Assembly (NCBI GenBank): GCA_964569295.1 | Contig: CAZMVU010000001.1 | Coordinates: 84,559-148,558 of the forward strand | Direction of reading: 5' to 3' | Source: an uncultured Nitrospirales bacterium | GTDB taxonomy: Bacteria; Hydrogenedentota; Hydrogenedentia; Hydrogenedentales; JAGMZX01 | DNA length: 64,000 nucleotides | In this document: positions 44,965 through 54,581 of the stretch, in pieces | Position numbering within the stretch: position 1 is the stretch's first letter | Layout: every line of letters begins with the position of its first letter | Position numbers and translations under genes: made by a program | The notes under the pieces: generated by a model | The model's input: only the letters and a program-made list of their open reading frames with translations | Databases searched by the model: none | What the model was told of the DNA's origin: nothing

Positions 44965-45417
44965 TCAGGCTGGCGCTTTGTTATGCGTTATCCAGTATCG
45001 GCCTATGCTCTCAACAATGGCCAGGAAGTCCGGATAACTCACGGGTTTTGTGATGTAACTGTTTGCGCCGCAGCGATAGCCTCTTGTGATGTCGCTGGCG
45101 GCTTGGGAATCGCTAAAAATGACCACGGGGATAAGCGCCTGCGCGCTTTGCGGTTCGAGCAATCGTATTTGACCCAGTATGGCATAACCGTCCGAGCCGG
45201 GCAATTGCATGTCCAACATGATCAACCTGGGGCAGTCGGCTGCGGCGCGCTCCGCGTACGTGCCGTGCGCAAACAGAAAGTCCAGGGCTTGCTTGCCGTC
45301 GTGGACCGCAGCAACCTGAACGTTTTCAATGGCGGCCTTCAGCGCTTCCACGATGCAGGCCCGTTCCTCATCGTTGTCTTCCACGACGAGTATGTCTACG
45401 GGGTCATCGTTCAGCAT
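44965..45417 (-). CDS. Single-domain CheY-like response regulator (orphan)
   Basis: 'ILVVEDNDEE', phospho-acceptor 'IMLDMQLPG', 'ITKP'. Confidence 0.8.
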   Translation of the reverse strand: MLNDDPVDILVVEDNDEERACIVEALKAAIENVQVAAVHDGKQALDFLFAHGTYAERAAADCPRLIMLDMQLPGSDGYAILGQIRLLEPQSAQALIPVVIFSDSQAASDITRGYRCGANSYITKPVSYPDFLAIVESIGRYWITHNKAPA

Positions 45418-45637
45418 TATTGTTTTCCGATCGCCGCAAGAGCAGTGTGTCCGCTGTGAGCCGGGAGGCCCATGCCTTCAGCATAGCGGTCCATGATGAA
45501 TTTCCGGCAAAGCCGAGACAAAGCCTTGGTAATGCATTCGAAGCGTCGGTCTCCCCGGTAGGGGTGTGCGTGCCTTTCAGCGGTTTTCTGTCATTCGCCC
45601 TCCCTTCGCCACGTACCACACCGGCACTTATTCACCC

Positions 45638-46410
45638 TCACAGGTTCATCCGGGTTAAGCGTGCGTTTGACTTGAGATGAGGCCATACGGCATCTCTTTG
45701 GTTTTGGTTGAAATCAATAGGGAGAACGCCGCATGACCTCAAGTGAACCCGATGGCTGCTGCTGAAGAACCCGGAGAACATCGACAACACGCGCAAAGAG
45801 GGCACGCGTCTGCAAGAGGCCTTGGCGCGTTCAATATCCGGTTTTCCTGAATGAATTCCGTGAAGATTGGGTTGCAGGTGCTGGTTGGCGGTGTTGTGCT
45901 TGAGGCGGTCCATGTTCTTCATCCAGAAGTGATAGAGGAAGCTGCCGACGACGCGCAGAGCGTGCTTGAAAGCGAGTTCGATTTTGAAGCGGTATCCGTA
46001 AAGGCGCACGATATCTACGGGATCGAGGGTGAGGTCGGTGCACATCAGCAGGCAACATCCGCGGGTGGGGTGCTCGATGGCTACGAAGCGCACGAGCACG
46101 CCCACCGGTTTCCACAGCAGGTCGAGTACGCGCAGTTGTATCTTCTCTTCGCCGTAGACCGGGCTGTCGATGACCTCGAAGGTTTCCGGGTGTTCAAAGA
46201 GCGTGCGTAGCTTCACCTTTTCCCCATACAGTTTGGGCCGGCCCCGTTTCTTGGATTCGGGCTTGGGTGCGCGGTGGTATCCGACGGCGGTGATGCGCAC
46301 GCGGGTGACGAGGTGGTTGCCGGTCTCGAGTAGGGGGGGCAGTTGTTCCTCGGCGCTCTCGCGCAGGTTCTCGGGGTTGCGCAGGAGGTTTAAGCGCTGC
46401 CCCTGGATGA
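45638..46410 (-). mobile_element. DDE transposase C-terminal fragment (IS4/IS701-like)
   Basis: 'VRLYGYRFKIELAFKHALRVVGSF' transposase C-terminal pattern; N-terminal part absent (adjacent to IstB remnant). Confidence 0.45.
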
Positions 46411-46499
46411 GTTGCTTTTGGCTGACGCTGGCGTTGCCCGCTTCGCACAGCGCGCAATAGCCTTGGATCGCCGGATACACCAACAGCACATGAATGGCC

Positions 46500-47120
46500 A
46501 GTGCGAACGCCAGGTCGCGCGCGAATGCCTCGAACGAGAGCAGCGCGCCGCCGAAAGGCGCATCCGTGCCGCGAAGTTTCCCGTCGTGAAAACCCTCGAC
46601 ACCTTCGACTTGACCGCCCAGCCCGGCATCAACAAGGCGCTGGTTGTCGACCTCATGCGCGGCGACTACCTCGACCGCCACGAGAACATCCTGCTTGTCG
46701 GTAATCCCGGCACCCGCAAGACCCACATCGCCACCGCGCTCGGCCACGCCGCCTGCGCTTCCACACCACCACCCAACTCTTTACCAGCTACTCGAAGCCC
46801 GCGAAGAACGCCAATTGCAGCGCATGCTCGCCCGCCTCGACAAACACCACCTTCTCATCCTCGACGAACTCGGCTACGTGCCCTTCCCCAAGGCCGGCGC
46901 CGAGCTGCTCTTCAACGTCGTGAGCCGTGCCTATGAACGGCAGAGCCTTATCGTAACCACCAACCTGCCGTTTAAAAACTGGACCGAGGTCTTTGGCAAC
47001 GAACGCCACCCGCTACACTTCTCGACCGCCGTTTACAGTCCGTCCACACCGATGGTTCGGCCCATGCCCAGCGGGCACGTGCCTCTCCCCCTTGTTTAGC
47101 CCTGCTCGCGCGAGACACTG
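46500..47120 (+). mobile_element. IS21-family IstB helper ATPase remnant, disrupted by at least two frameshifts
   Basis: 'ILLVGNPGTRKTHIATALGHAA' (Walker A) in one frame; 'LLILDELGYVPF...SLIVTTNLPFKNWTEVFG' in a second; '..LLDRL..' in a third; no istA. Confidence 0.7.
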
Positions 47121-47456
47121 ACGAAGGTTTTGCTTCCATCGTTGCTCCTTTCCGAATCCATCTTCCTGCATCCCTTCGCTCCACGGGCATTACCCCGTTT
47201 CCACGATACTATGGATGCTCTGACTCCTGTGCGGTGCGGTTCTTCAAGCATATGCCAGGAACACCGCGCCCAACCCCGCACAGGTCTCCTTCCTTCACGC
47301 AACACGCCTTCCAGCCATTCCGTCTCCAACCACCCGGCATGACCCCGCCGCCGCTTTAGCACGCCACTAACAGGTGCCCTGAGATTCTCCCGGGTTGTGC
47401 GCCAAAGTCCACCCACGGCCTTAGCAGGAAACGCAGTGGCAAGCCAACGGGCGCCC

Positions 47457-47540
47457 ACATCGTGAGTCATAGCGATAACGGGTGGGCCAGAGCCGCTACC
47501 CGCGCTGATACCGGGGGGTTATGACGCAGGGAAAACGGGT
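47457..47540. repeat. ~85-bp interspersed direct repeat, copy B
   Basis: ~88% identical to 10073-10150, same orientation; lies between the IstB remnant and the histidine-kinase promoter region. Confidence 0.7.
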
Positions 47541-47694
47541 GAATAATTACGAAAAATAATAATATAGGTAGCAGAAGAATTGCCCCCGTTCTTTCCTATT
47601 TTTGTTCTCTATCCCCAAACTCACGCAAAATACAGCCCACCGTGGTACAATCCCGGGTGGCAAAGTGAGGGAGTACTATCGAGGATAAAAGATA

Positions 47695-49815
47695 TTGTTG
47701 GAATGGCAGTTTCATCCACTGGTATTGCCCCCTTTCATCGCGTCGATTGTGGCCGCGCTCCTCGCTGGGATGCTATGGCGCCGCCGCATGCAGCGTGGTG
47801 CGCTTACGGTCATGGTGCTCATGCTTTCGGCGGGTCTGTGGGCGCTTGCCGAAGCGGGCGAGCTGGGCAGTGTAACCATTCCCGCGAAACTCTGGTGGAC
47901 CCGCCTGCGTTATTTGGGCATCCTGCCCATTCCTTACGTCTGGCTCATTTTCTCCTTGCAATACGCCCGAGGGCGCAACTGGCGCACACCGCCTTTGGTG
48001 TGGGCGCTCGCTATCATTCCGGCTACGCACCTGGTCATGGTGTGGACCAACGAACAACACCGGCTTATTTGGGAAACGTACTGGTTGCACGTGCAGAGCG
48101 GCCTCACTGCCTTGGCTTCGGAGCGCGGCCCGTGGTATTGGCTCATAACCGCCTATTCGTATATTTTTATCGTGGCGGGGGCCGGCGTGCTGGTGCGCGC
48201 GGCCGTTCGCACGCACCGCCGGTACCGTTGGCAGATTTTCCTGCTGCTGGCGGGGATATCCGTGCCGCTTGCGGCGAACTTTATCTTTCTACTGCGTGCC
48301 AGCCCGATACCCTACCTGGATCTCACGCCCCTGTCTTTCACCTTTTCCGCAGTATTGCTGGTATGGGTTTTTCTGCGCCATGGCCTGTTGATGCCGCCGG
48401 TGCCGGTTGGTTGGGCACAGATCATCGAGAGCATGGAGGACGGGGTCATCATCTGTGACCTCGAGGGCTGTATCCTCGAACTGAACCCTGCGGCGCAAAC
48501 AATGCTCGGCCATGATCGCGAGCATATGCTTGGGGCGCCCGTCAATACGTTGATAACCCTGCCCCCCGGCGCTTTTTCGGTTTGTTCCAGCTGGCACACG
48601 GTGTGCGGCGGCACGCGGCACATCGATCTGCGCACAGCGGCCCTGTGGGCGCGTTGGGCCGGGGTAGTCGGTCATGTAATCACCCTGCGCGATGTGACCG
48701 CATGGCACCTCGCCGAACTGGAGCAGCGCCGCCTGTTCACGGCAATCGAATGTTGTGCTGAAGATGTGCTCATCACCGATCATGAAGGGCGTATCGTCTA
48801 CATAAACCCGGCCTTCACCGAGACAACCGGCTACCGGCGCGACGAGGTTCTGGGCCAAACCCCGGCCTTCCTGCAAGACGACGAAACCAACGGCAACGCC
48901 TACGCCCGTCTTTTGGAAACCATCGAGGCGGGCGAACCCTGGCAAGGGATTGTGACGACGCGCCGGAAAGACGGCGGCCTGATGGAGGAGAAGGCTACCA
49001 TCTCTCCCATTTTCGACAAAGCGGGCCGCATCCTGGGCACGGTCTCCGTCAAACGCGATATCACCGAAGAGCGTGCGATCGAGGAAAATCAGCGCCAGAC
49101 CCAGCGCCTCGAGAGCCTCGGTGTCCTGGCGGGCGGCATCGCCCACGATTTCAACAACCTGCTGAGCATTATCCTTGGCAGTACGGAAATCGTGCTCCAC
49201 CAGACCCCGAAAGACGCTCCCTACCGCCACAACCTCGACAACATCTGCGCCAGTGTCGAACGCGCCACGCAGTTGTGCCAGCAAATCCTGGCGTATGCGG
49301 GGGAGAAGATGCTTTATCCGCAAACGCTCGACCTCAATAACGCGGTCGAAGAAATGACCCGCCTGCTTAACGCCTCACGCGCGCCCAAGGTCGCCCTCGA
49401 ATCCCGCCTTACTCCCGGTCTGCCGCCTATTCACGCCGACCGATCCCAGGTCAGCCAGGTAATCATGAATCTGTTTACCAATGCCGTCGAGGCCATCGGC
49501 GATGAACCGGGCGCCATTACCCTGACCACCGGCATCAAACACTGTGATCCCGCCAGCCTGGTGGCGGCAGAGACCCAAAACATCTGCCCCGACACCTCCT
49601 ATGTCTATTTCGAGGTGGCCGACACGGGGCCGGGCATTGCTCCAGAGGACATGGGCCACATATTCGACCCGTTCTTTACCACCAAGTTCGCCGGCCGCGG
49701 CCTGGGACTCGCGGCGGTATTCGGTATCATGCGCGCACATAACGGCGCCATCGAACTCGAAAACACCCAAGAAACCGGCACGACGTTCCGCGCGCTGTTC
49801 CCACCGGCGAAGTAA
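47695..49815 (+). CDS. Sensor histidine kinase: N-terminal multi-TM sensor (HisKA_7TM-like), PAS domains, HisKA + HATPase_c
   Basis: ~7 hydrophobic helices in first 250 aa; PAS ('ITDHEGRIVYINPAF'); H-box 'IAHDFNNLL'; G-boxes 'DTGPGI', 'GRGLGL'. Confidence 0.85.
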   Translation: MLEWQFHPLVLPPFIASIVAALLAGMLWRRRMQRGALTVMVLMLSAGLWALAEAGELGSVTIPAKLWWTRLRYLGILPIPYVWLIFSLQYARGRNWRTPPLVWALAIIPATHLVMVWTNEQHRLIWETYWLHVQSGLTALASERGPWYWLITAYSYIFIVAGAGVLVRAAVRTHRRYRWQIFLLLAGISVPLAANFIFLLRASPIPYLDLTPLSFTFSAVLLVWVFLRHGLLMPPVPVGWAQIIESMEDGVIICDLEGCILELNPAAQTMLGHDREHMLGAPVNTLITLPPGAFSVCSSWHTVCGGTRHIDLRTAALWARWAGVVGHVITLRDVTAWHLAELEQRRLFTAIECCAEDVLITDHEGRIVYINPAFTETTGYRRDEVLGQTPAFLQDDETNGNAYARLLETIEAGEPWQGIVTTRRKDGGLMEEKATISPIFDKAGRILGTVSVKRDITEERAIEENQRQTQRLESLGVLAGGIAHDFNNLLSIILGSTEIVLHQTPKDAPYRHNLDNICASVERATQLCQQILAYAGEKMLYPQTLDLNNAVEEMTRLLNASRAPKVALESRLTPGLPPIHADRSQVSQVIMNLFTNAVEAIGDEPGAITLTTGIKHCDPASLVAAETQNICPDTSYVYFEVADTGPGIAPEDMGHIFDPFFTTKFAGRGLGLAAVFGIMRAHNGAIELENTQETGTTFRALFPPAK

Positions 49816-49822
49816 AAGTCCA

Positions 49823-51730
49823 TTACGCTTCCGGCACGCTTTCTATGGCCGCCGCCAGGCGGTTGCGCCAGGCATAGACCATGGTGGGGTCGTAGGTGTA
49901 TTCGCGGAGATTCGTCACGACCGGCCTGGGCACTTCAAGGGCGGCCTTCGCCTGCTCGAGCCAGGCTTTCGCTTGGTCCGAGCGGGACGCGTGCTCTTCG
50001 ACAGCGACAATACGCTCTTCGAGAATGCGCACATAGGCGTAGTCTTCCAGGCCGTCGCGGAAGTTCTCGAGGCGGATGGTCGGCAGCGGGCGGCCGCCCT
50101 CGCCGGGACATAACAGCGATCCGTCGCCGTTGTAGTCGCGGTAGCTCGCCGGGTTCCAGTCGACGAACGGCCCACCGGTGATGGGCTTATCGTCTTCGTG
50201 CGGCCAGCGGGTGATCTTGTAGTAGAGGAAGCCGTCCGGCCGGTACTTCGCCGTCATGGCGCCCATCAACAGGCGCGCCTCGATAGCCGGGTATTCGATG
50301 AGGAAATTGGCGTAGGGGTGGATAGGGCCGCAGCATATATACCACCAGACCTCGCGCCCCTTCGCACGTGCGGCGGCCGCCTGCTCCGGGTCGTAACGTG
50401 GGGTGAGCGGAATCCAACCGTCAACCGCGGTGGCGCCGGATTCGAAGCCGTAGGTATCGTCGTAGGTGGTGGTGAGCAGCGGCGGCTCCGGGAAGAGTGC
50501 GTCCAGCCGCTTGGCAACCTTCTGCACTACGGGAAAGTAGTCGTCACCCACTTCGTCGAACCCATAGATATAGGCCTTGTCGAGCACGCCGTGTTCCTTC
50601 GCCTGCTCGTAGGCCGGGCGGATGCGATCCTCGATCATGGTCATGGCCTTTTCGAAGGCGGCCTCGTCCATGCTGGGCACGAGTTCGCTCTTGTGGATGT
50701 TGGCCAGGTTGAACGCGCGCAGCACGCCCTTCTGCTCGAGGTAGCGCACCACCTCGAAATCCGCGGGCGCACGCCGGTAGCTGTGGTCCAGATCAATGTA
50801 GTACTCGGCCAGCAAATCGGCATATTGGAATTTGAGCGTTTCCCAGTCGCCATAGCGCGATACATGGTTGTCTGTGACAGTTATGGCCGTGCGCAGCGGC
50901 GACGCCACCGGCAGCGTAAAGTCGTAAACCCGCACTTCGACCGGCACGGCGTAAGACGCCGCGTTCTTTGCGGAAACCACCGCTTCGCCGCGATACGCGC
51001 CCGCCGGCTGGTCTTTCGGTACGGCGACGCGCACCCAGAACGACTGCGCATCGCCCTGGGCAACATCGACGGTGTCGAGGAAATCGAGCAACGGGTCCGG
51101 CCACCAACCAACGAAGTCCACGGGGTAGCGCGAGGGCTTCTCCGTTTTCACATAGCCCATGGCGGAAACAGACACGGCGTCTTCGGGCAACGCGTCGCCG
51201 GTGTTGTTCTTCAATGCAGCAACCTCAACCTGCACTTCTTCGAGGTCTCCCTGCCACGGCGCGACCACCACCTGAAACGCCTCCTTCTCACGCCGGGCCG
51301 CGGCGATCGATGCGCCCTCCCCCACGCGCACCGGCAGGTCCAACGCGCGCGGCATCACCTTGTCCATCCCTGTCGCAATGCCGACGCCATAGGCTTCCGG
51401 ACAGCCGCTGTCCAGTGCTTCCGCATGAAAACCGACAAGCGCCTGCAGCCGCGTTAGGCGCCCCCGCGCCGCCTGTTGCTCCCCCTTGATGCATGCCCGC
51501 CGCTCGAGCCGCGACTCCGCATCCGCGCAGCGTTCCGCCGCACCGGAATAGTCGGCACGCACAGCATCGCATGCCTCCTTTAGCCATCCCGCGAAGGCTG
51601 CATCGTCCACTGCAACCGCCACCGCATCGAACGCCGCCACCGCATCGAGCAACGCATCCGGTTCGTCCGCCTGCGCGCAGACAGGCAGCATCGCAATCCA
51701 ACAACTCACTGTGAGGATCGATTTCAACAT
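49823..51730 (-). CDS. Secreted hypothetical protein (635 aa), possibly a carbohydrate-active hydrolase
   Basis: Signal peptide 'MLKSILTVSCWIAMLPVCAQA'; no confident family. Confidence 0.4.
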   Translation of the reverse strand: MLKSILTVSCWIAMLPVCAQADEPDALLDAVAAFDAVAVAVDDAAFAGWLKEACDAVRADYSGAAERCADAESRLERRACIKGEQQAARGRLTRLQALVGFHAEALDSGCPEAYGVGIATGMDKVMPRALDLPVRVGEGASIAAARREKEAFQVVVAPWQGDLEEVQVEVAALKNNTGDALPEDAVSVSAMGYVKTEKPSRYPVDFVGWWPDPLLDFLDTVDVAQGDAQSFWVRVAVPKDQPAGAYRGEAVVSAKNAASYAVPVEVRVYDFTLPVASPLRTAITVTDNHVSRYGDWETLKFQYADLLAEYYIDLDHSYRRAPADFEVVRYLEQKGVLRAFNLANIHKSELVPSMDEAAFEKAMTMIEDRIRPAYEQAKEHGVLDKAYIYGFDEVGDDYFPVVQKVAKRLDALFPEPPLLTTTYDDTYGFESGATAVDGWIPLTPRYDPEQAAAARAKGREVWWYICCGPIHPYANFLIEYPAIEARLLMGAMTAKYRPDGFLYYKITRWPHEDDKPITGGPFVDWNPASYRDYNGDGSLLCPGEGGRPLPTIRLENFRDGLEDYAYVRILEERIVAVEEHASRSDQAKAWLEQAKAALEVPRPVVTNLREYTYDPTMVYAWRNRLAAAIESVPEA

Positions 51731-51816
51731 GGTTGTTTTCCTCTCGTTTCTCTCGCCTGGTTACCAAGTTGTTCTTGGTAATGAGATTGTCTTGGCAGCT
51801 TGGTTGCCTCTTGCGG

Positions 51817-51935
51817 CAAGATGGTGCATTGCGGTGCTGCCGGCGAGACTCGCTTCACGCACCCTACTCTCTTCCCTTTGTGATCTGCTTTGTGGTCTTT
51901 GTGCCTTCGTGGTTCATCTTCTCTCCTCTTCCCGC
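51817..51935. promoter_or_regulatory. Conserved ~120-bp upstream element, copy 1 (upstream of gene 49823-51730)
   Basis: Aligns with 53183-53340; in gene orientation contains 'CACAAAG-N2-CACAAAG-N5-CACAAAG' and 'GTAGGGTGCGTGAAGCG'. Confidence 0.5.
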
Positions 51936-53159
51936 TCACTCCCGCCGCAGCCCGTCATAATGCTCCGCGATGGTCTTCATCAGTATCACGCCGGATTCGA
52001 CATTCTCGTCTTTCGTGTAGATGGCGCCAGCCCCTTCGCACAGCACCGACGTCATGCCGAACTGCAAGTGCGGGCCTTCGGTCCAATGGCTTGAAGACGA
52101 CTCCTTTAACGGCTGCTCCTGCATCTCGTCCACCAAGTCATTCGGATCATTCTTCTGGAGCAGCGCGTTCATCGCTTTCCAATCGCCCAGTGCCGCCCCC
52201 AATTCTGGCCCGGGAATGATCCGCGGATCTACCATGCCGCCCCACGTATGCATGCTCCAGATAGTGACCGGCGGCGCGGGGGACGCCATCAATTCCTCCA
52301 AGTCGCGCTGCGCGAAGTAGGCCTCGTGCGCCTGGTTTTCCTTGTCCGCGCCCTCGGGGTGGTAGCTTCGGTTCATGTCGACGCCCTGCGCATTCACCCG
52401 GTACCAGCCGTGCGAGGGCGCATCAGGACTCATCATCGGCACAAAGTGACAGATGCTGCGCTCGCGGCAATCACGGCCGGCATCGCTCAGCAACCAGTCG
52501 ATCATGCCCACCATCCGCCATTGCGCATTGTGCTCGCCGGGGTGCTGGTTCGCGAAGTAATGAACCCAGCGCTTCTCGGCCGGGTGCGGACTGTCCGGCG
52601 CTGCTATTTCCAACCGGTAGAGCGTGCGGCCGCCGAGCGACGTGCCGATTTCATGGACCTGCACCGCCCCATGCCCGCGCCAGCCGGCGATCAATTCCTC
52701 GAGCTTTTCGAACGACATGGGCACTTGATGGCCGACGTACACCCGGTCGGCTTTGAATTCCGGAAACCGCAGCACATCGTGGTTGTAATGCTTTGTCCGG
52801 TCACCGCTTTCCCAATGCACCGGCTGCCATGTTTCCCGGTCGTACGAGTAGGAGGCAGCGTATTCGTTCAAGGTGTAACGCCGGGGCTTGCCGGCCTCGA
52901 AGTAGACATCCAGCGTGAGGTTGTTGCCCTTGGCATTTTGGAGGATTGTGAATTGGAGCTTGTTGTTCCAGTCTTCATGCTCCGGCGCGTGGCCGAGATC
53001 CACCCGGAAATGGTTTTCACCCAGTTGCTCGATGGTCGTGCCGTCGCTGCCCAGCGGCCCCTCGAACGTGAAGTCCTCGACCGACAAGGGCTGGACGGCA
53101 TACGCGCCGGCGGAAAAAACAAAGCTGGCTAAAATAATGACACGTTTTGCGTGGTTCAT
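51936..53159 (-). CDS. Secreted M14-family zinc carboxypeptidase-like protein with an N-terminal beta-sandwich domain
   Basis: Signal peptide; 'HPGEH' (HxxE zinc-ligand motif) and downstream His/Glu positions consistent with M14; tentative. Confidence 0.5.
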   Translation of the reverse strand: MNHAKRVIILASFVFSAGAYAVQPLSVEDFTFEGPLGSDGTTIEQLGENHFRVDLGHAPEHEDWNNKLQFTILQNAKGNNLTLDVYFEAGKPRRYTLNEYAASYSYDRETWQPVHWESGDRTKHYNHDVLRFPEFKADRVYVGHQVPMSFEKLEELIAGWRGHGAVQVHEIGTSLGGRTLYRLEIAAPDSPHPAEKRWVHYFANQHPGEHNAQWRMVGMIDWLLSDAGRDCRERSICHFVPMMSPDAPSHGWYRVNAQGVDMNRSYHPEGADKENQAHEAYFAQRDLEELMASPAPPVTIWSMHTWGGMVDPRIIPGPELGAALGDWKAMNALLQKNDPNDLVDEMQEQPLKESSSSHWTEGPHLQFGMTSVLCEGAGAIYTKDENVESGVILMKTIAEHYDGLRRE

Positions 53160-53182
53160 GATCGGTTCCCACTCTGAGTCTG

Positions 53183-53340
53183 AAGATGGTGCGTTGCGCT
53201 TGGGCCATGTCCTCGGACGCCATCGTGACAGGCGGCGATCGCTTCACGCACCCTACAAGACTTCTTCTTCTTTTTTCCCTTTGTGAGTTTCTTTGTGTCC
53301 TTCGTGCCTTCGTGGTTACTCTTCCTCTTCTCTTACTTCG
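53183..53340. promoter_or_regulatory. Conserved upstream element, copy 2 (upstream of gene 51936-53159), with a ~30-bp insertion relative to copy 1
   Basis: Shared blocks 'AAGATGGTGCRTTGCG', 'CGCTTCACGCACCCTAC', 'TTCCCTTTGTGA', 'CTTTGTG', 'CCTTCGTGGTT'. Confidence 0.5.
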
Positions 53341-54544
53341 AAAGCGACGGGTTTGAAAGCTTCACCTCCTTCCCCAGCCCCATGGACTTGCCGAATCGCA
53401 GCGACTCGAACCCGTGCTTCATGCGGACCGCGTCCATGCGCTCGAGGACCTGCTCCCATTTCTCGGCGTGCGCACGGTCAAACAGGTGGAGTTGGTGCTG
53501 GTTGAACCGCAATGCCGACAAGTTTACCCCGATAAGGCGCACCCGTGCACGCCGCTGTTTCGCCTTGGGCAGGAGTTCCCGCAGCGCCGCCGCAATTTCG
53601 TGGTCCACGCACGTGGGCATGGACAGCATCTTGCCGAAGGTGTGCGTCTCGAAGCCGGCATAGCGCACCTTGAGCGTAACCCGCTGCGCCTCGAGACCCT
53701 CCTCGCGCAAGGTATAGGCCGCGCGCTCCGTGAGGTACGCCAGCACCCGCTCGACATCCTCCCAGTTCACAAGATCGCGATCGAAAGTCGTCTCGCGGCT
53801 GATGGACTTTGGCGTCCCCTCGACCTCGACCTCGTCCGACGCGATGCCCCGCGCCGTGCGCTGCAAGCTGATGGCCACCTGCGCACCGAAGACCTGCTCC
53901 AACGCCGCCAGTGGCATCACCGCCAATTGACCCGCCGTCATCACGCCCAAGGACTCGAGCACGCTGCATGTGCGCGGACCGGCGCCGGGCAGTTTCTTCA
54001 CCGCCAGCGGCGCGAGGTACGCCCGCTCCTCCCCCGGCCCCACGCACACATAGCCATCCGGCTTGCCTTCGTCCGACGCCACCTTCGACACCAGCTTGTT
54101 CGGCGTAATCGCGATGGTACACGGCAGCCCCGTGCGCTTGCGGATTGCCTGCTTGATGTGCGCCGCGATGGCATCGTCGCCGCCGAAGAGTTTCTGCGAA
54201 CCTGTCACATCGACATAGGCCTCGTCGATAGACGCCATCTGCACCAGCGGCGACACCGTGTCGAGCACGGCCTTCACCGCGTGCGACGCCGCCGCGTAAT
54301 CCGCAAAGTTCCCCTTCATATAGGTACCATGCGGACACCGCCGCCGCGCCTCGGCCAACGGCATCGCAGAATGCACGCCGTATTTGCGCGCTTCGTACGA
54401 CGCCGTGCTCACCACACCCCGCGCCGTGGTTTCATCACCGCCGATAATCACCGGCTTGCCCACCAGCGACGGGTTGCGCACCATCTCGACCGACGCGAAG
54501 AAGGCATCCATATCGATATGTAGAATCCGGCGCGGCGTTGCCAT
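53333..54544 (-). CDS. dinB: DNA polymerase IV (Y-family)
   Basis: 'ILHIDMDAFFASVE', 'SIDEAYVDVT' catalytic motifs; start at Met 'MATPRRILHIDMD'. Confidence 0.9.
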   Translation of the reverse strand: MATPRRILHIDMDAFFASVEMVRNPSLVGKPVIIGGDETTARGVVSTASYEARKYGVHSAMPLAEARRRCPHGTYMKGNFADYAAASHAVKAVLDTVSPLVQMASIDEAYVDVTGSQKLFGGDDAIAAHIKQAIRKRTGLPCTIAITPNKLVSKVASDEGKPDGYVCVGPGEERAYLAPLAVKKLPGAGPRTCSVLESLGVMTAGQLAVMPLAALEQVFGAQVAISLQRTARGIASDEVEVEGTPKSISRETTFDRDLVNWEDVERVLAYLTERAAYTLREEGLEAQRVTLKVRYAGFETHTFGKMLSMPTCVDHEIAAALRELLPKAKQRRARVRLIGVNLSALRFNQHQLHLFDRAHAEKWEQVLERMDAVRMKHGFESLRFGKSMGLGKEVKLSNPSLSK

Positions 54545-54561
54545 GGTTCGGCACTCCTGGC

Positions 54562-54581
54562 TACTGCTCACTTTTTCAGTA
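54562..54581. promoter_or_regulatory. Putative LexA (SOS) box TACTG-N10-CAGTA 17 bp upstream of dinB
   Basis: 'TACTGCTCACTTTTTCAGTA' fits CTG-N10-CAG with a T-rich centre; dinB is a classical SOS gene. Confidence 0.4.

Noticed and set aside
10073-47540. Interpretation of the two 85-bp direct repeats as attL/attR of an integrated prophage or island
   Set aside because: The intervening 37 kb contains core housekeeping genes (argCJB, ligA-distal genes, exbBD) with no phage genes; kept only as a generic repeat finding
51724-51939. 71-aa ORF and a short 'MNHEGTKTTKQITKGRE' peptide inside copy 1 of the conserved upstream element
   Set aside because: The ATG is not conserved in copy 2 (AGTAACC instead of ATGAACC), so conservation is at the nucleotide level, not a peptide
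53414-54523. 369-aa plus-strand ORF antisense to dinB
   Set aside because: dinB homology on the other strand is unambiguous
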